NCBI GenBank assembly: GCA_032718475.1
Contig: JAUCBJ010000315.1
Coordinates: 26,858 to 90,857 of the forward strand
Direction: 5' to 3'
Length of the DNA: 64,000 nucleotides
Source of the DNA: Nemertoderma westbladi
Taxonomy: Eukaryota; Animalia; Xenacoelomorpha
Shown here: in pieces, positions 12,902 to 25,000 of the stretch
Layout: each line of letters opens with the position of its first letter
How positions within the stretch are numbered: position 1 is the stretch's first letter
Program-made: the position numbers and the translations under genes
The notes under the pieces: generated by a model
What the model was told of the DNA's origin: nothing
What the model saw: only the letters and a program-made list of their open reading frames with translations
Databases searched by the model: none

Positions 12902-13460
12902 TGTGACTTCCAAATCCTGGAAAGCCTATTCAAGGCTGCCCATGCCTTTCCCTTAAGTATTCGAAAATAAAATTGTATAGTAATAAAATAATGTATGTAT
13001 AAACACCATGATCCGTAATCTATGTCTGAAATTTTAAATCCAACTAGTTCAACTCACCATCGATGACCCCATGTGAGGCCAGAATTTTCGATTTTCCCCA
13101 TTTTTTACATTTTTGGTCGTAATTTATTATTATTACTAGAAAGCATGTGTTGCAAGGATTCCAAAAATATAATAAATATACCCTGACAGCGATTTTACAA
13201 TCTTTGAATGACAATGTCAGCTGTTTCTCAACGAAACAAGATATTGTTACATATTTGGATTCCTTCCACAAATTCTGGTTCCAAAGTCTTGGTGTAATTG
13301 ACGGTTAGTTTATCTACAGTAATTGTGTTTAAAATTTCAAGTAATATGAAAAAGATTTGCGGGAAAATATAGGTCCGTGTCACCATTGCCACTACATTAC
13401 GGGAAAAGGTGTACCAATACAAAAAAAGGTTAATGTCAATCTTTATCAATACCCCGAATT

Positions 13461-14153
13461 CTAAAAGATTAGACACATTATGATGATCACGGCTAGTTGT
13501 ATCATTGATGAGATGTTGTTTGCAGACCCATTCATCGTCGTGGTGTAATCGACAACGTTAGTGGTTGCATCGCCAGTCGTTGCTGCTACGGTAGTTGGAC
13601 GTGATGTAAATAAGTCAGCTGCGTCCCATTCGAAAGCAGGGCAAGTGCTGTTACAGCAATCAAATTGACAAATTTCCTTTGTGAGTGTCATCTGACTCTT
13701 GTAAATTTCTTTCACTTTGAAGAAAAGATCACCGAAACCATTCATCAGTTGATCTGCCACCTCGGGGGAAGTGAATATTGATTCGCATTGGAATCCTTCT
13801 GGATTAGAACATGGATTCTCATTGTTCCACGATACCTTGCAACTGTATGCATTCCATTCCAACAAGCCGTTGAACTTAACATCATTCTCCATGACGTATC
13901 CAAAGAATCTCATGCTTAAAAATCCGCATTGGTCTTCGCAATGATTTTCAATGAAGGGGGGTCTGTCTCCGAAGTTGGCAAATATTAGGCGGTCAATATA
14001 CGATTGGACCTTATTTTCGAAATCTTCATTTTCATTTGTGTAATTGTAGGTTGAACCAAATTTACAAGTGTAGCAAAATCCAAATGAGCAGTGCAACGCT
14101 AAGCAAAGCCCTTGTATGAGCCAGAGCTCATACCGACGAGCTGAGTTTCGCAT
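13461..14153 (-). CDS. Intronless Cys-rich cell-surface protein, probably GPI-anchored, possibly Ly6/uPAR-like (230 aa)
   Basis: Hydrophobic signal peptide, CYTC near the mature N-terminus, distal CQFDCCNSTC, Thr-rich stalk, small-residue NGSA site and hydrophobic C-terminal tail. The family assignment is inferred. Confidence 0.75.
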   Translation of the reverse strand: MRNSARRYELWLIQGLCLALHCSFGFCYTCKFGSTYNYTNENEDFENKVQSYIDRLIFANFGDRPPFIENHCEDQCGFLSMRFFGYVMENDVKFNGLLEWNAYSCKVSWNNENPCSNPEGFQCESIFTSPEVADQLMNGFGDLFFKVKEIYKSQMTLTKEICQFDCCNSTCPAFEWDAADLFTSRPTTVAATTGDATTNVVDYTTTMNGSANNISSMIQLAVIIIMCLIF

Positions 14154-15179
14154 GCTAATTGCAAAGCGCCACTTTCATTGGAGATATTCAAAGATTCAAT
14201 AGGTGTAAATTCATCGGGTCTATAAACCTTCTTTCTTATATTTCAAGAAAAGTGAATGTATAGTAATGAGATGCAATTAATCCTTGTTTTGTTTTTCCAA
14301 TTAAATATATTCAATTGTATTTCCGATGATAAATGTAATAGTTATGATATGATTCTAATTCACTTTATATTAAATATAAGTTATTGATTAATAGTGGATA
14401 TTCGATCTTTGTTGTTTAAATTTTCGATACATACATAGATACACGTTGTGGGGGCTTCGCGCGGCACAAGAGCCTATATAAGAAAGTGTACTGATCTCTA
14501 TTAGATATACGAAAATCCTCATTCCCAAAATATCAACGAAGGATGCTTTCAGTTTGTAAAAAACAGATATCCATTTGAGTTTGCATTAACTGTCATTTGT
14601 AAACCTTCTAACTAGGGCTACTTAAGTTAAGTATGACATTTTTAGTTTTACAATACTCGTCTCCTTCATTACCCTAGTTGCACTCACCCTGTTTTGTCTC
14701 AAAATATTTTTTATAAACGGAGACTAACGACCTTTATAACTATGCAAAGTATCGAAATTGTGCGATTAATTGCTGATTTGTGGTAGATGGATACTCGTAT
14801 CCACTGCAAAACTCGTTGCGTTCGTCCTGTACAACATTCCATTATCAGTAATGGATAAAATGACATAATGACATGACCTGTACATCTGGTCACACAAATA
14901 CCTAGCATAAAACATTCTACCACCGGTACTGATCAAAATGACATATCGTCCAATACGCTAAACCAGGTTGTTTAGGAGTCATCATAATACTCGCCTCTTT
15001 CATTAACCTCGTTGCGATCGTCCTGAAGGCCACACAAAAATTATACATGGGAAATTTATAAAGTTTTGGCAAACAACATGTGTGCAAAGTTTGGTTAGAA
15101 CCCAAGATAATGACGAAGAATAAGGAAGACTCTCTAAACCTTTCAAGTTTATATCAAGCCCGGTTCACAGATACACTTT

Positions 15180-15347
15180 GTGGTGACAGTGAAGTGAAAA
15201 TGCAGTTCCAGCGCTGTGAGAGAGTGGTGTGAGATAGCAGTGGCAGCGCAGTGAGAGCGTGGTGAGAGAGTGGTGACAGCGCTGTGAGAGTGCAGTGAGA
15301 GTGCCTTAAGTGAGCGGCGGTGACAGCGCGGTGAGAGAGTGGTGATA
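15180..15347. repeat. Degenerate (CAGTGAGAG/GGTGA)-type tandem repeat
   Basis: Recurrent GTGAGAG and GTGACAG units. Confidence 0.7.
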
Positions 15348-15384
15348 GAATAAAGATAGATCAGTCGATCAGTTAAGGGATTTG

Positions 15385-15605
15385 GAAGGTACTGTAAATT
15401 CGCTAAAGGGTACCGTAAAAGAACATAAATTTGAACTACAAGAAGCAACGGATTGCGTTGGAAAGCGATAAACTAGTTAGCATACAAAAGGGTATACCAC
15501 CCCCTGTAACTGTATATAAGACTCTTACGTCTGAATCTAATAATCGGAAAGTCGGAAACCCCTATAGCAAATAATATAAATAGACCAACTTATAATGAGA
15601 CCCCT
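15385..15605 (+). mobile_element. Degenerate gag fragment of the same BEL/Pao family
   Basis: Reads ...IALESDKLVSIQKGIPPPVT, matching gag IALERDKLVNTQKGIPPPSVT at ~42135-42195. Confidence 0.7.
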
Positions 15606-15904
15606 ATATGTCTGACATGTCTATATGTATAGGTCCAACAGTACAATATGCCGCCTGGCATATGGGGATACAGAAAAGGTTGAATAGTTTATGAAGTGGT
15701 CATCCTTGGGAGATTGTGTTGCGCAACCATTCTTTTCCGGTAACATCCAAGAGAGAAAGGAGCTTCCGTTGCTTCTTGTTTCCTTCCTTCACTTTACTTT
15801 ACATCATTTAGGTAAATACCAATTACGTCACACAATGTGCAACTGTATGTAAAGTAATAAAATTCGGCAGTGTATCGCACTGTACTGTATGTCCGAGTTT
15901 AGGA

Positions 15905-16315
15905 ACGGATACCGCAGAAATATACCACCGACAATAGTCTGACTACCACCGACAAAAACTAATAATAAAAGAAACACACCCACATATGAAAAACACTAAC
16001 GTTTTTTACCATTACGCTATGCAATATAATAATTTAAAACAGATAATATATGAAGGCGGTATTATATTTTAAAGAAATTATCGTGACTAATTACACCACC
16101 GACAACAGGCCGACAGTGGACAATATACTTTGTTATAAATATTTGGACTGGAAATAAAAATTGTATAATCATGTACTTAAATAGTTTACTAACATTGCCG
16201 AAGTTGTCGGTATACTGTCGGTTTGCGATTTTACCTGTCGGTTTGTGTCGGTTTATGTCTTTTGTTGTCGGTGGTTGTCGGTGGTATGCGAAAGGTGTCG
16301 GTGACGTATATGCCC
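15905..16315. repeat. Possible MITE with inverted arrays of ACCGACA / TGTCGGT
   Basis: ACCACCGACA motifs on the left and TGTCGGT(GGT) motifs on the right; termini not resolved. Confidence 0.4.
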
Positions 16316-16911
16316 CTATATGTCTATATGTTTTTTGTTGGGACGTGTTTATTGCAAATTTTCTCCAGTTTGTCATAAAAAACAACATTACATTTTTCTA
16401 TATTTTCGACTTTTTTATCAGTATAAGACCAGTTAGAAGTTAGTTGAATATCGTGAAGAAAGTTTGTGCTATTGAAATTTGAAAAGTCAAATGCCGTATG
16501 ATGATTTTAAAATAACAGGAATACTTTTGGAGCCAAGTAAAGGTGGGTTGATGGTCTGATATACCAATTTTTACTTTTAAAGTTCTCGATTTTGATAAAC
16601 AAGAGGTAATACGATAATGTGATATGATATATAATAAATATATATAATATATAATATAATATATATATAATATAAAATATTATGATATATGATCGATTCA
16701 GTTTGAATAGTTGAACCGGTATTATTAGTCCAGGAGCTGCTAATGCGAGTAGGTGAATTAATTAATTGTACAAATCCGTAGCTATTAAGTAAGTTGATAT
16801 ATTCCTTCGGTTTGTCCTCCAGACTGCCAGATACAGACTCTTATGACGCTAATAAACAACACCAATACCAATACCAACGCTACTCCCATTCAAAATTCAT
16901 ATTTGTCACAG

Positions 16912-17045
16912 TGGGGATAAGTTACCAGGGGCGATAAAGACCCAGGGGCGATATATTCCCAAGGGGCAATAAAGGACCATTTGAGGGGCGATAAGTTCCC
17001 AGAGGGCGATAAGGGCCAGGGGCGACAAAGGTGCAAGGGGCGAGA
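16912..17045. repeat. Short tandem repeat with GGGGCGATAA core
   Basis: About 8 degenerate units. Confidence 0.7.
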
Positions 17046-17054
17046 AGCCCCACA

Positions 17055-17216
17055 ATCAGATTGAAAAGGTAAGCGAACCCGAAATGCACGTCCAATTCAG
17101 TGACGTGAATAACACAGACCAGAGTTCAGAGATGGAAGGATTCTACACCGATGAGTTTTCCGATGAGAGCGAATCCTGCTACATGATTAACGCAGCCATC
17201 TATAGAGCCCTCACCC
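17055..17216 (+). mobile_element. Isolated BEL/Pao gag-protease linker fragment
   Basis: Reads KVSEPEMHVQFSDVNNTDQSSEMEGFYTDEFSDESESCYMINAAIYRALT, homologous to the pol ORF at ~40660-40810. Confidence 0.85.
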
Positions 17217-17724
17217 AGCTACGTGTATAATTTTTTCATGACATCCCTGCTACCGTATTTCGCTTGACACAAATGTGATGAACACAATAGGCCTAAAGGC
17301 CTTTGGGATAGCTCACCTTACATAAAAGAAATTGTCTTAAATAGATAATTAAATATATTTTATGAAAACATTTAAATTTAAAGTACAACCTGTTGGTTTA
17401 ATAGAGTATAATACAGTAGTTTGCTATGACCTGATGTATAATATACATCAGGTCATAGCAAACTACTGTATCATCAATGTATATTTATGTAGAGTATATA
17501 ATAATTACATACATGTAGTAAAGAGGAAAGCTAGAAAGAATACAAATCAATAATGTCATTACTCAACGTTATATATCCTCATCCTAAATAAATTGTTTGT
17601 TGGAATAGAGAAATAATGCTGTGAAGTAAATTATTAACTTCGTGAAATAACAAATTTAAAGAACAAGAGTGTGAGAGAATGTGATTAGATTCAAAACTAC
17701 TATAAAAGTCTTAGGGTTTTAAGC

Positions 17725-18938
17725 CAGGGCCTTATTTAGGGAGCCGAAGGGGCCGAGGCCCCCCACCACAGGGGGCCCCCACCAGGATCCCACAACTATA
17801 GGGATCGACCGAACTATAGAGGAGCCGAACCGGAACCGAACTGAAACCGAACATGGCAATTTTGAATTTTACCACTTATTTTTCCCAAAATATATGAAAA
17901 ACAAAAATAAAAAGTTATTGTGAAAAATAGTAAATATTTTTGTGGCTTATGAAATTATATTTTTTTAACCTTCAATTCTTGATTGATAAATTTAGTTAAT
18001 TAGATAATTATGATAAAGTTAGATTTTTATTGATAAAACCCATAAATAAAACGTGGATATAAAATGTAAAATCGGGATGCAAAAGATCACTTTCCGAGCT
18101 ACGAAACGAAAATTGGATACAACTTGTCTGGATACAAGGGGTCCGTTTACCTTACAAAATGAAAAATAAAAATGTGGGAAGTTAAGAACAGTCGGGGGGG
18201 GGAGTGTCCGCGGGGGGGAAGTGTCCGGGGGGGAAGTGTCCGGGGGGGAAGTGTCCTACTTGAACGGGGGGAACTGTCCGGGGGGGAAGTGTCAGGGGGG
18301 GAAGTGTCTGGGGGTGAAGTGTCCGGGGGGGGAAGTGTCCTACTTGAACGGGGGGGGGGGAACTGTCCGGGGGGGAAGTGTCCTACTTGAACGGGGGGGG
18401 GAACTATCCTACTTGAACGGGGGGGGGGGAACTGTCCGGGGGGGAAGTGTCCGCACACCCATCAGACATTTATTGAGGCTGAGGGCTGTGTAGGTTGACT
18501 GTCATTATTTACTAAAAGACCAACACTAGAAGCAACCTGCTCCAATGAGCAGGTTGCTCTAGGCTTACAATAAACTGAAGTAGAATTAGATCGTTTTTTT
18601 GACTTCGATTTATGACATGAATTTAGGAAAGAATTACCTAGAATAAATAGTGGATGAAGACAAATAATTTGATGAAAATCACTCGAAATCTTCAAAGATA
18701 GATGGCAGTGGCACAGAAATCACTCAAAATAATTATTAGGCCCTAATTTTATTAACAATCAATATGGTGCTGAAGTGCATGAGCATTGAGGTGACTAGCG
18801 AACTTAATGCAGAACAGTTGTACAGTACATAATCAACATTATCGAATGCAGCAGCTATGTCTACCTAAACATTGAACGCTTGAACGCTGTTACTGAACGT
18901 TATTACCCAGGCCGCCCACCACTCTAAATCCGGCCCTG
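17725..18938. mobile_element. Non-autonomous hAT-like element
   Basis: TIRs CAGGGCCTTATTTAG / CTAAATCCGGCCCTG (13 of 15 match); 8-bp TSD TTTTAAGC / TTTTAAAC. Confidence 0.75.
18192..18452. repeat. G-rich tandem repeat (GGGGGGAAGTGTCC)n
   Basis: About 16 units of ~15 bp with long G tracts; G-quadruplex potential. Confidence 0.9.
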
Positions 18939-20094
18939 TTTTAAACGCAACCAAGTTTAAATTTAAAATACAATTTTTCTGACCTGTTATGTAGAATAGC
19001 ATCTTAGGTACATATATTCAAAATTATAGCCAAACCAAACAATTCTGAAACGCTGAGAGTGATAAATCGAAGAATTGTCCGAAAATTATCACAAATACCA
19101 ATTATGTGATTACTGGATGTAAAAAATACAAAAAAGGAATTAATTTAATTTAAAACATAAAGGAAAATGAACATGTTACAGTGGAGATCTCTCTAACCAA
19201 AATAATAAAGAAAACTTTATACTTTAAAACTGTTGTAGCAAACAACCCTGTAATGATGTGGGCCGAGCCACTAAGTAAGATGAGCCTTAGCAAAAAAAAT
19301 ATAGCACTGTAATATGTTCTACGGTTTATCATATGTTGCTCTTGGTTAGATTTACGACTTATTAACTGATCAAAATGCGGATTCTTCCACCAAATTTTTT
19401 TTTTTTTATGAAATTTATTAAACGTAATTTTAAAAGGACATACTTCTCGCTACGCATGTTGTACAGTAAGGCTGCCTAGAAGTCAAAAGTCGGCGAGTTG
19501 TGAGATTTCAAGAAATCATCATTGATGGACATTAAAAGTGACAAAGAAACAGCCACTTACAGCGTCGACTGTTTAGTTTAAGCTTCGCTTACAATTATCC
19601 GACCCTGTCAATTAACAAACTCAATATAAGACCATCTGTTCCATTTTAATACATCCTAGAGATTTTCGTAAGGGCCACCCATTTAATACCCCCTGCTAAA
19701 CGCCCAGCGGACAGCGCCCTATAATTCAAGTGATATAATTACTCAACTTTCTTTGCAACATTCTTATACAAATAAATCCCAGTCAGTCGGCCGTTGTGTA
19801 TAGGGGGACACAGCAGTATGACGACTTGGGTCGGGCCCTGTTACAATGTAACTGTAGAGGAATCTATGGGAGAATTCAGTTTCATAGAATATACATTGTC
19901 TTCTTATAAACTTTTGTACACTTTCAGTGGTTGTAGGTATAGCAGCAGCAAGTGCATACACCAAGCACACACGTGTTCAGGTTAAAACACAGTCCAGGAT
20001 GGCCATACTATAGAACAATATAGATCAAAGTACAGCAAGAAATGGAAGAGGGAGAAGATTTTGCAGCCAGACAATAATGTACAGACCCATAACT

Positions 20095-20480
20095 ATGTGC
20101 CGGCTTGTCGACAAAACTGCGCCGCCACAACTCCCTATCACCCATGACATTTGCTAGATCATCCGCATCTTCAAGGCCAGTGTCCATTAAGATGCATCTC
20201 AAGAACGTCATGGACTGTCCACCATGCTTATTCACTCCATGCACAAGATCCAAAGCACAAGATTATGTACTGGCTGGTCCTCACGGCGAAAGCAATGCCC
20301 TGCAAAGCGGAGGCGGCTTTGTTCTAGTTAGTGTAAAGTTTAGGGGAACCAATGAAACACCTCCAATGTTATATAGTGTCTGGTTGGACATGTGAGCATT
20401 GTACTTGACACAGTGAACCCGGCGTTGCATTCGTGTGAATCTGCCATCCATGGTGTCCTCAGCAGTTAGAGCCCAACATT
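20095..20480 (-). mobile_element. Degenerate RTE LINE fragment (duplicated at ~51855-52250)
   Basis: Reverse complement of 26398-26780 (WALTAEDT...ANVMGDRELWR). Confidence 0.85.
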
Positions 20481-22061
20481 GACTCCAGCAAACACATACC
20501 CCAGGTACACGAAGAACAGCACTAAACACACATAGTACCACCAGTACGCAAGTTTATACCTACACAGCACTTTTGAGAGAGACAGTTATGAGAGAATCCC
20601 CAAATAGAAACATTGGTAATTCGAAGATAAGAGAGCAATTGAAGCGTAAACCTCGCTAATGTACCGAGAACAGAATACCGTAACATTAGGCCTAAGTTTA
20701 GCGACATAACTCCATATCATTGTAGGCTCACTCTTAGCTACAACAAGAAGGGCCTTAGTAATAACAGATGGGTCGGCAGTTGATTTACGATTAATTAACC
20801 AATTAAGAAGAGGAGGTGGCGCTGGTGGCCTCCTTCTTCGCATGTAAGTTAGCCAATTACAGCGCCAGTTATATCCGATAGATGTTAGGTAACTTTATGA
20901 GATAAAAATGGATGGGGTGAATGAGACTTTTAATGAATGGTAGAGATTTAGGTTCCGGGACATAAAAATGATCCTGACATTCTGATGTAGATAAGTATAG
21001 ATAGGCCTACCACTACTACTAACTATAATCGGCCTGTTGTATTGCAGCTGCACATATTGCTGGCTTAACAAAGGCCACCACCATGCAATCCACAATTGGC
21101 ATGCTACAATGCAGCGTGCATTAAGAATGCTATGCCGCTATGAATGCTACAATACAGTATTGGAATGACACATGTCATAATGATACGATATTGGTGTTTG
21201 TTATGAACTGATTGTTAGTAGCAAAAGGTACTATTAGAAGATAGTGGGGGTATAACCTCGGGAATATCATACAGATAAAACACAGCGTTACCCAGCAGGC
21301 ACATCTTACCAACGATGGTAAGAAATATAACATAGCTTAATCGGACCAATAAGTTAGTTTAATAAGCCAAGTAGGACCAATAAGAGTAGTTTGGGTTAAA
21401 GATTTGAAACAATATCAACCTGAATGATACAGTGCATGATCCCGCTATATGATAGCCAGCTGTTGGGAGTTTCTCAGCTATTGACATACCGCAAACATAA
21501 ATAATTATTGTTAAAATATATATATTATATTAATCTTTAATCCAGGGACGTATGCCCATATCATACAAAGTAAAAATATATATTAAAATTAAAGCAGAGC
21601 ACAAGATAAACTGTACTTATAGAAGATTGTAATTGGTGGTACTTTAAAATAAGGTGACATGCACAGACAAGATAATAAAGGTACGAAAAATAAACCAAAA
21701 GAAAAAAAAGATATTAAATACAAATATATATTTACAACCCAGCTGTGTATGGATATGTCCTTCATAATAAATACACAGCTCTATTTTGAGGATGGAGACT
21801 GAAGAGGAAGTGGATTCACATGGCTGACCACAAATTGTCGTGTTGCAGTTGTAAAAAATACATAAATATACCTTGTAATTCTACCTGCAGAAAATGTGTT
21901 GTAACTAGTAAATTATGAAACCGAATTCATAAATTTATTATTCCATTACTAAATTATAAAATCAGGCGAAGCACAAATGATCACAAATTAATTAAGTAGA
22001 ATAATTAAGATAGAAGCACAGGTTAACAATAAATATTTACAAGAAAGAAACAGATATGTAA

Positions 22062-25000
22062 TCAGTACATATCTGGGTCAACACCCCGAATCCCCGCCCC
22101 ATCCCCAAACCCGAGGCCCCGCCATGGCCTCCTACCACCCCGGAGGCACAGAGAGGTCGCCCGAAGGAGACCAAACTGCAGCCGCCGCCTCACCGCACCC
22201 AAAACCTCTCCCAAACCCCGCTGTCTCATCCCGACCCTCTTAGAGCATAGGGTCTCCGCAAGGTGCCGGATGAATACAGCCGCCTCCGCACCCCACACAC
22301 CGTCGGTGGAACACACCAACGGGGTGAAGTGCATCCTGCGGGATTCGCAGGCCTCCTGGTAGTGGGCCCGCTTGACCCGCTCCCTCTGGGCGAGTAAGGT
22401 CTCCGTTGAGGCGTTGGAGCGAACATAGGAAGTGGCGTCGAGATTTATAATCGATACGTCGAAAGACGCCACTACCTGGTTCGCCCAAACACCCCTGGAT
22501 ACCAAATCCGCCCTCACCCCCTCCACAGCCTGCCCATCCGAGACCAGGTGACCTTCGGCCAGGGTGACCTCCCGCTCGACGTTAGTCGCACCGAAGGCCT
22601 CCGCAAGAAGGTCACCAAACACGTCCCGGATCTCATTGTGCCGGCGAATAACTAGCCCTCCGACCTTGCAGCTGAGAGCGTGCGCAGTGTCGAAGGGCTC
22701 GCCGCAGCCCTCGCAGTTTACTGGAAGGTCTGGGGGCGCCATACTATACCGCAACGCGAGGTTGTCCCGAAAAGACTGCGGGTCCAGGTCGGTGTGGTCT
22801 ATGGGCGAGGGTTGCGCGGAGAGCCATCCACCAGTCTTGTATTTCGCCGCCCGGCTGACAGTTCGGCGCCGATCAGGTGGGAACGCCGCCAGAGAGGCCT
22901 CGAATTTGGCCTTACAGGCGGCGTCCTGTGTCTGTCGACACTCGACAAGGGCTGTCTTGAGGCAGGCGACGTGGTCAGCGACGTGGAGACGCCCGCCAGT
23001 CTCTATGGCCTCCACAATCCTCGCAGTACCGGAAGTCGATGCGAGATGGGCCGGCCCGGATCGCTCGATGGGGTCCCGGATGCCCAGACCACCGTGTCGG
23101 ACCGGGAGAAGCTGGAGCCGATCGAGGGCCGGGCTGTGGGTCGAACCGAAGAGAGAGGGGATGTATCGGTTGACCAACATCGACCGGATCGGAGCGAGTT
23201 CTGACTCGTGTGGGTTGCACACCCGGAGGATGTAGTCCCACTCAGCTTGCAGACAGCGGCTCATCGCTGAGTGGGCTGTCTGGGGGAACTCTGTCGCGAC
23301 GTCCGCTAGGATGTCGATGGACTTCGTCCAGCCAGACACCTTCTCCGCTAGAAACGCACGCTTGCCAACGGAGTCGCCAACATAGCCTCCAAGAAAGCGG
23401 TGGCCATGAGATATCCGGACACCGCTGGAGCCGAATATCTCGTGGGCAGTGTCTTCCAGTCCATGTTTGATAACCAACTGGCTCTTACTCGGCTCGGGGA
23501 AGAATCCGATTGAGGGGCCGAATTCTTTCAGCATCAGCCACCACCGATGTACAGCTGCCAGTCTGCCAACAGCCGATGCGTCGTCAGCGTACCAACACTG
23601 GCAGCATTCCGAGCGCTTGTTGCATGGTTCTTGCACAGCCGGTGAAGTCGGGGGAACGACCGAGTCCATTAGGGGCGCGACATCAGCCTGCACCGCCGGT
23701 GAAGTCGGAGAAACGTCTGAGTCTGTTACGGGCGCGACAACCGCCTGCACCGCCGGTGAAGTCAGAGGAACAATTGAGTCCGTTACAGGTGCGACTGACA
23801 CCTGCACCGCTGGTAAAGTCGGAGGAATGACCGAGTCCGTTACTGGCGAGACAATCGCCTGCACCGCCGGTGAAATTGGGGGAACAATCGAGTCCGTTAT
23901 GGGCGCGACAAACGCCTGCACCTGCACCACCGGTGAATTCAGAGGGACAACCGAGTCCGTTGCGGGCGCGACAACCGCCTGCACCGCCTGTGAAGAAGCT
24001 GCAACGCTGCGGAGAACCCAGATCAGTGGCAACGAGGAACAACAATATCCACCCATTGCTAGTGGGTCGCCCTGCGTGTATCCCTCTTTGCTCCAGAGGG
24101 GAGGGTTCTCTCCTGGGAGGTAGAGAGCAGCGTGGCCGTTGTAGGCGTTGAACATAAACCGCGAGCATCTGTGCCAGTTGATACGGCAGCTCCACAGTGA
24201 GGCTGATCGGCTGATGGAGTTGAATGCGTTTTTGGCATCCACAAGCAGAATGCAGTCGGATTCCTCCTGGTCGAACAGCCCGGTCATGGAGTGTACTGCG
24301 CCCTCGATTCCCGCCTTCAACCCGCCACACAGCTGGTCTGCCCCGCACACCTGGCCGATATCGGACCCGGTAGTAGAGATGATACAGTTCGCGAGGAGTC
24401 TGTAGGGGACCTCCCCGACCCCGATCGGTCGGACACCTGGCTGTTTGTCGAGGGCGACAAGTCGACAGGCTCGGAGAGCCCGGATCTCCCCCCAAGGAAT
24501 CACCGAGTTCGCCATCCGACGCGCGAGGGCAGCGAACGCTTCCCGGAGCCGGCTACTGTGGGTGTCGTACCGTGTCAATAGCGAGTGCCAGAACTCCGCG
24601 TCACCACCCACTGGCCCGGGACTACCCTGCAGGTTCTGCGCGACCTTCAGGACAACCTGGGCGGTGATGTCGACGTCCTCAAAGGGGGGTAGACCACTGG
24701 CAGGGACCGTGAAGACGTCTTGGGGTGGGGTGATGGGGTCAGGGTGTTTCGACTCCAGCACATCTCGTACAGTGATACCGACGCGCTGGCCCTCAGCCTG
24801 GGAGTTGGGGTCCAGGACACAGCCGCCGTCCCTGTCGGTGACACCTCGAATTGCAGCCCGGTTCTGGCGGGTAAGAACCTTACGGTTAAAGATACGGGCG
24901 GCGTTGTCGGTTGTAGTACGACCTGGGCGTCCTCGAGAAGAAGTAAACTTCGAGGCACAGCGCTCTGCCTCGCGTGGCAGCTGTTCGGACTCACCCTGTT

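Noticed and set aside
14711-15140. Coding-like stretch upstream of the Cys-rich gene
   Set aside because: Only short interrupted frames with no recognisable homology.
18147-18493. Pro-rich and Gly-rich ORFs
   Set aside because: They are translations of the G-rich tandem repeat.
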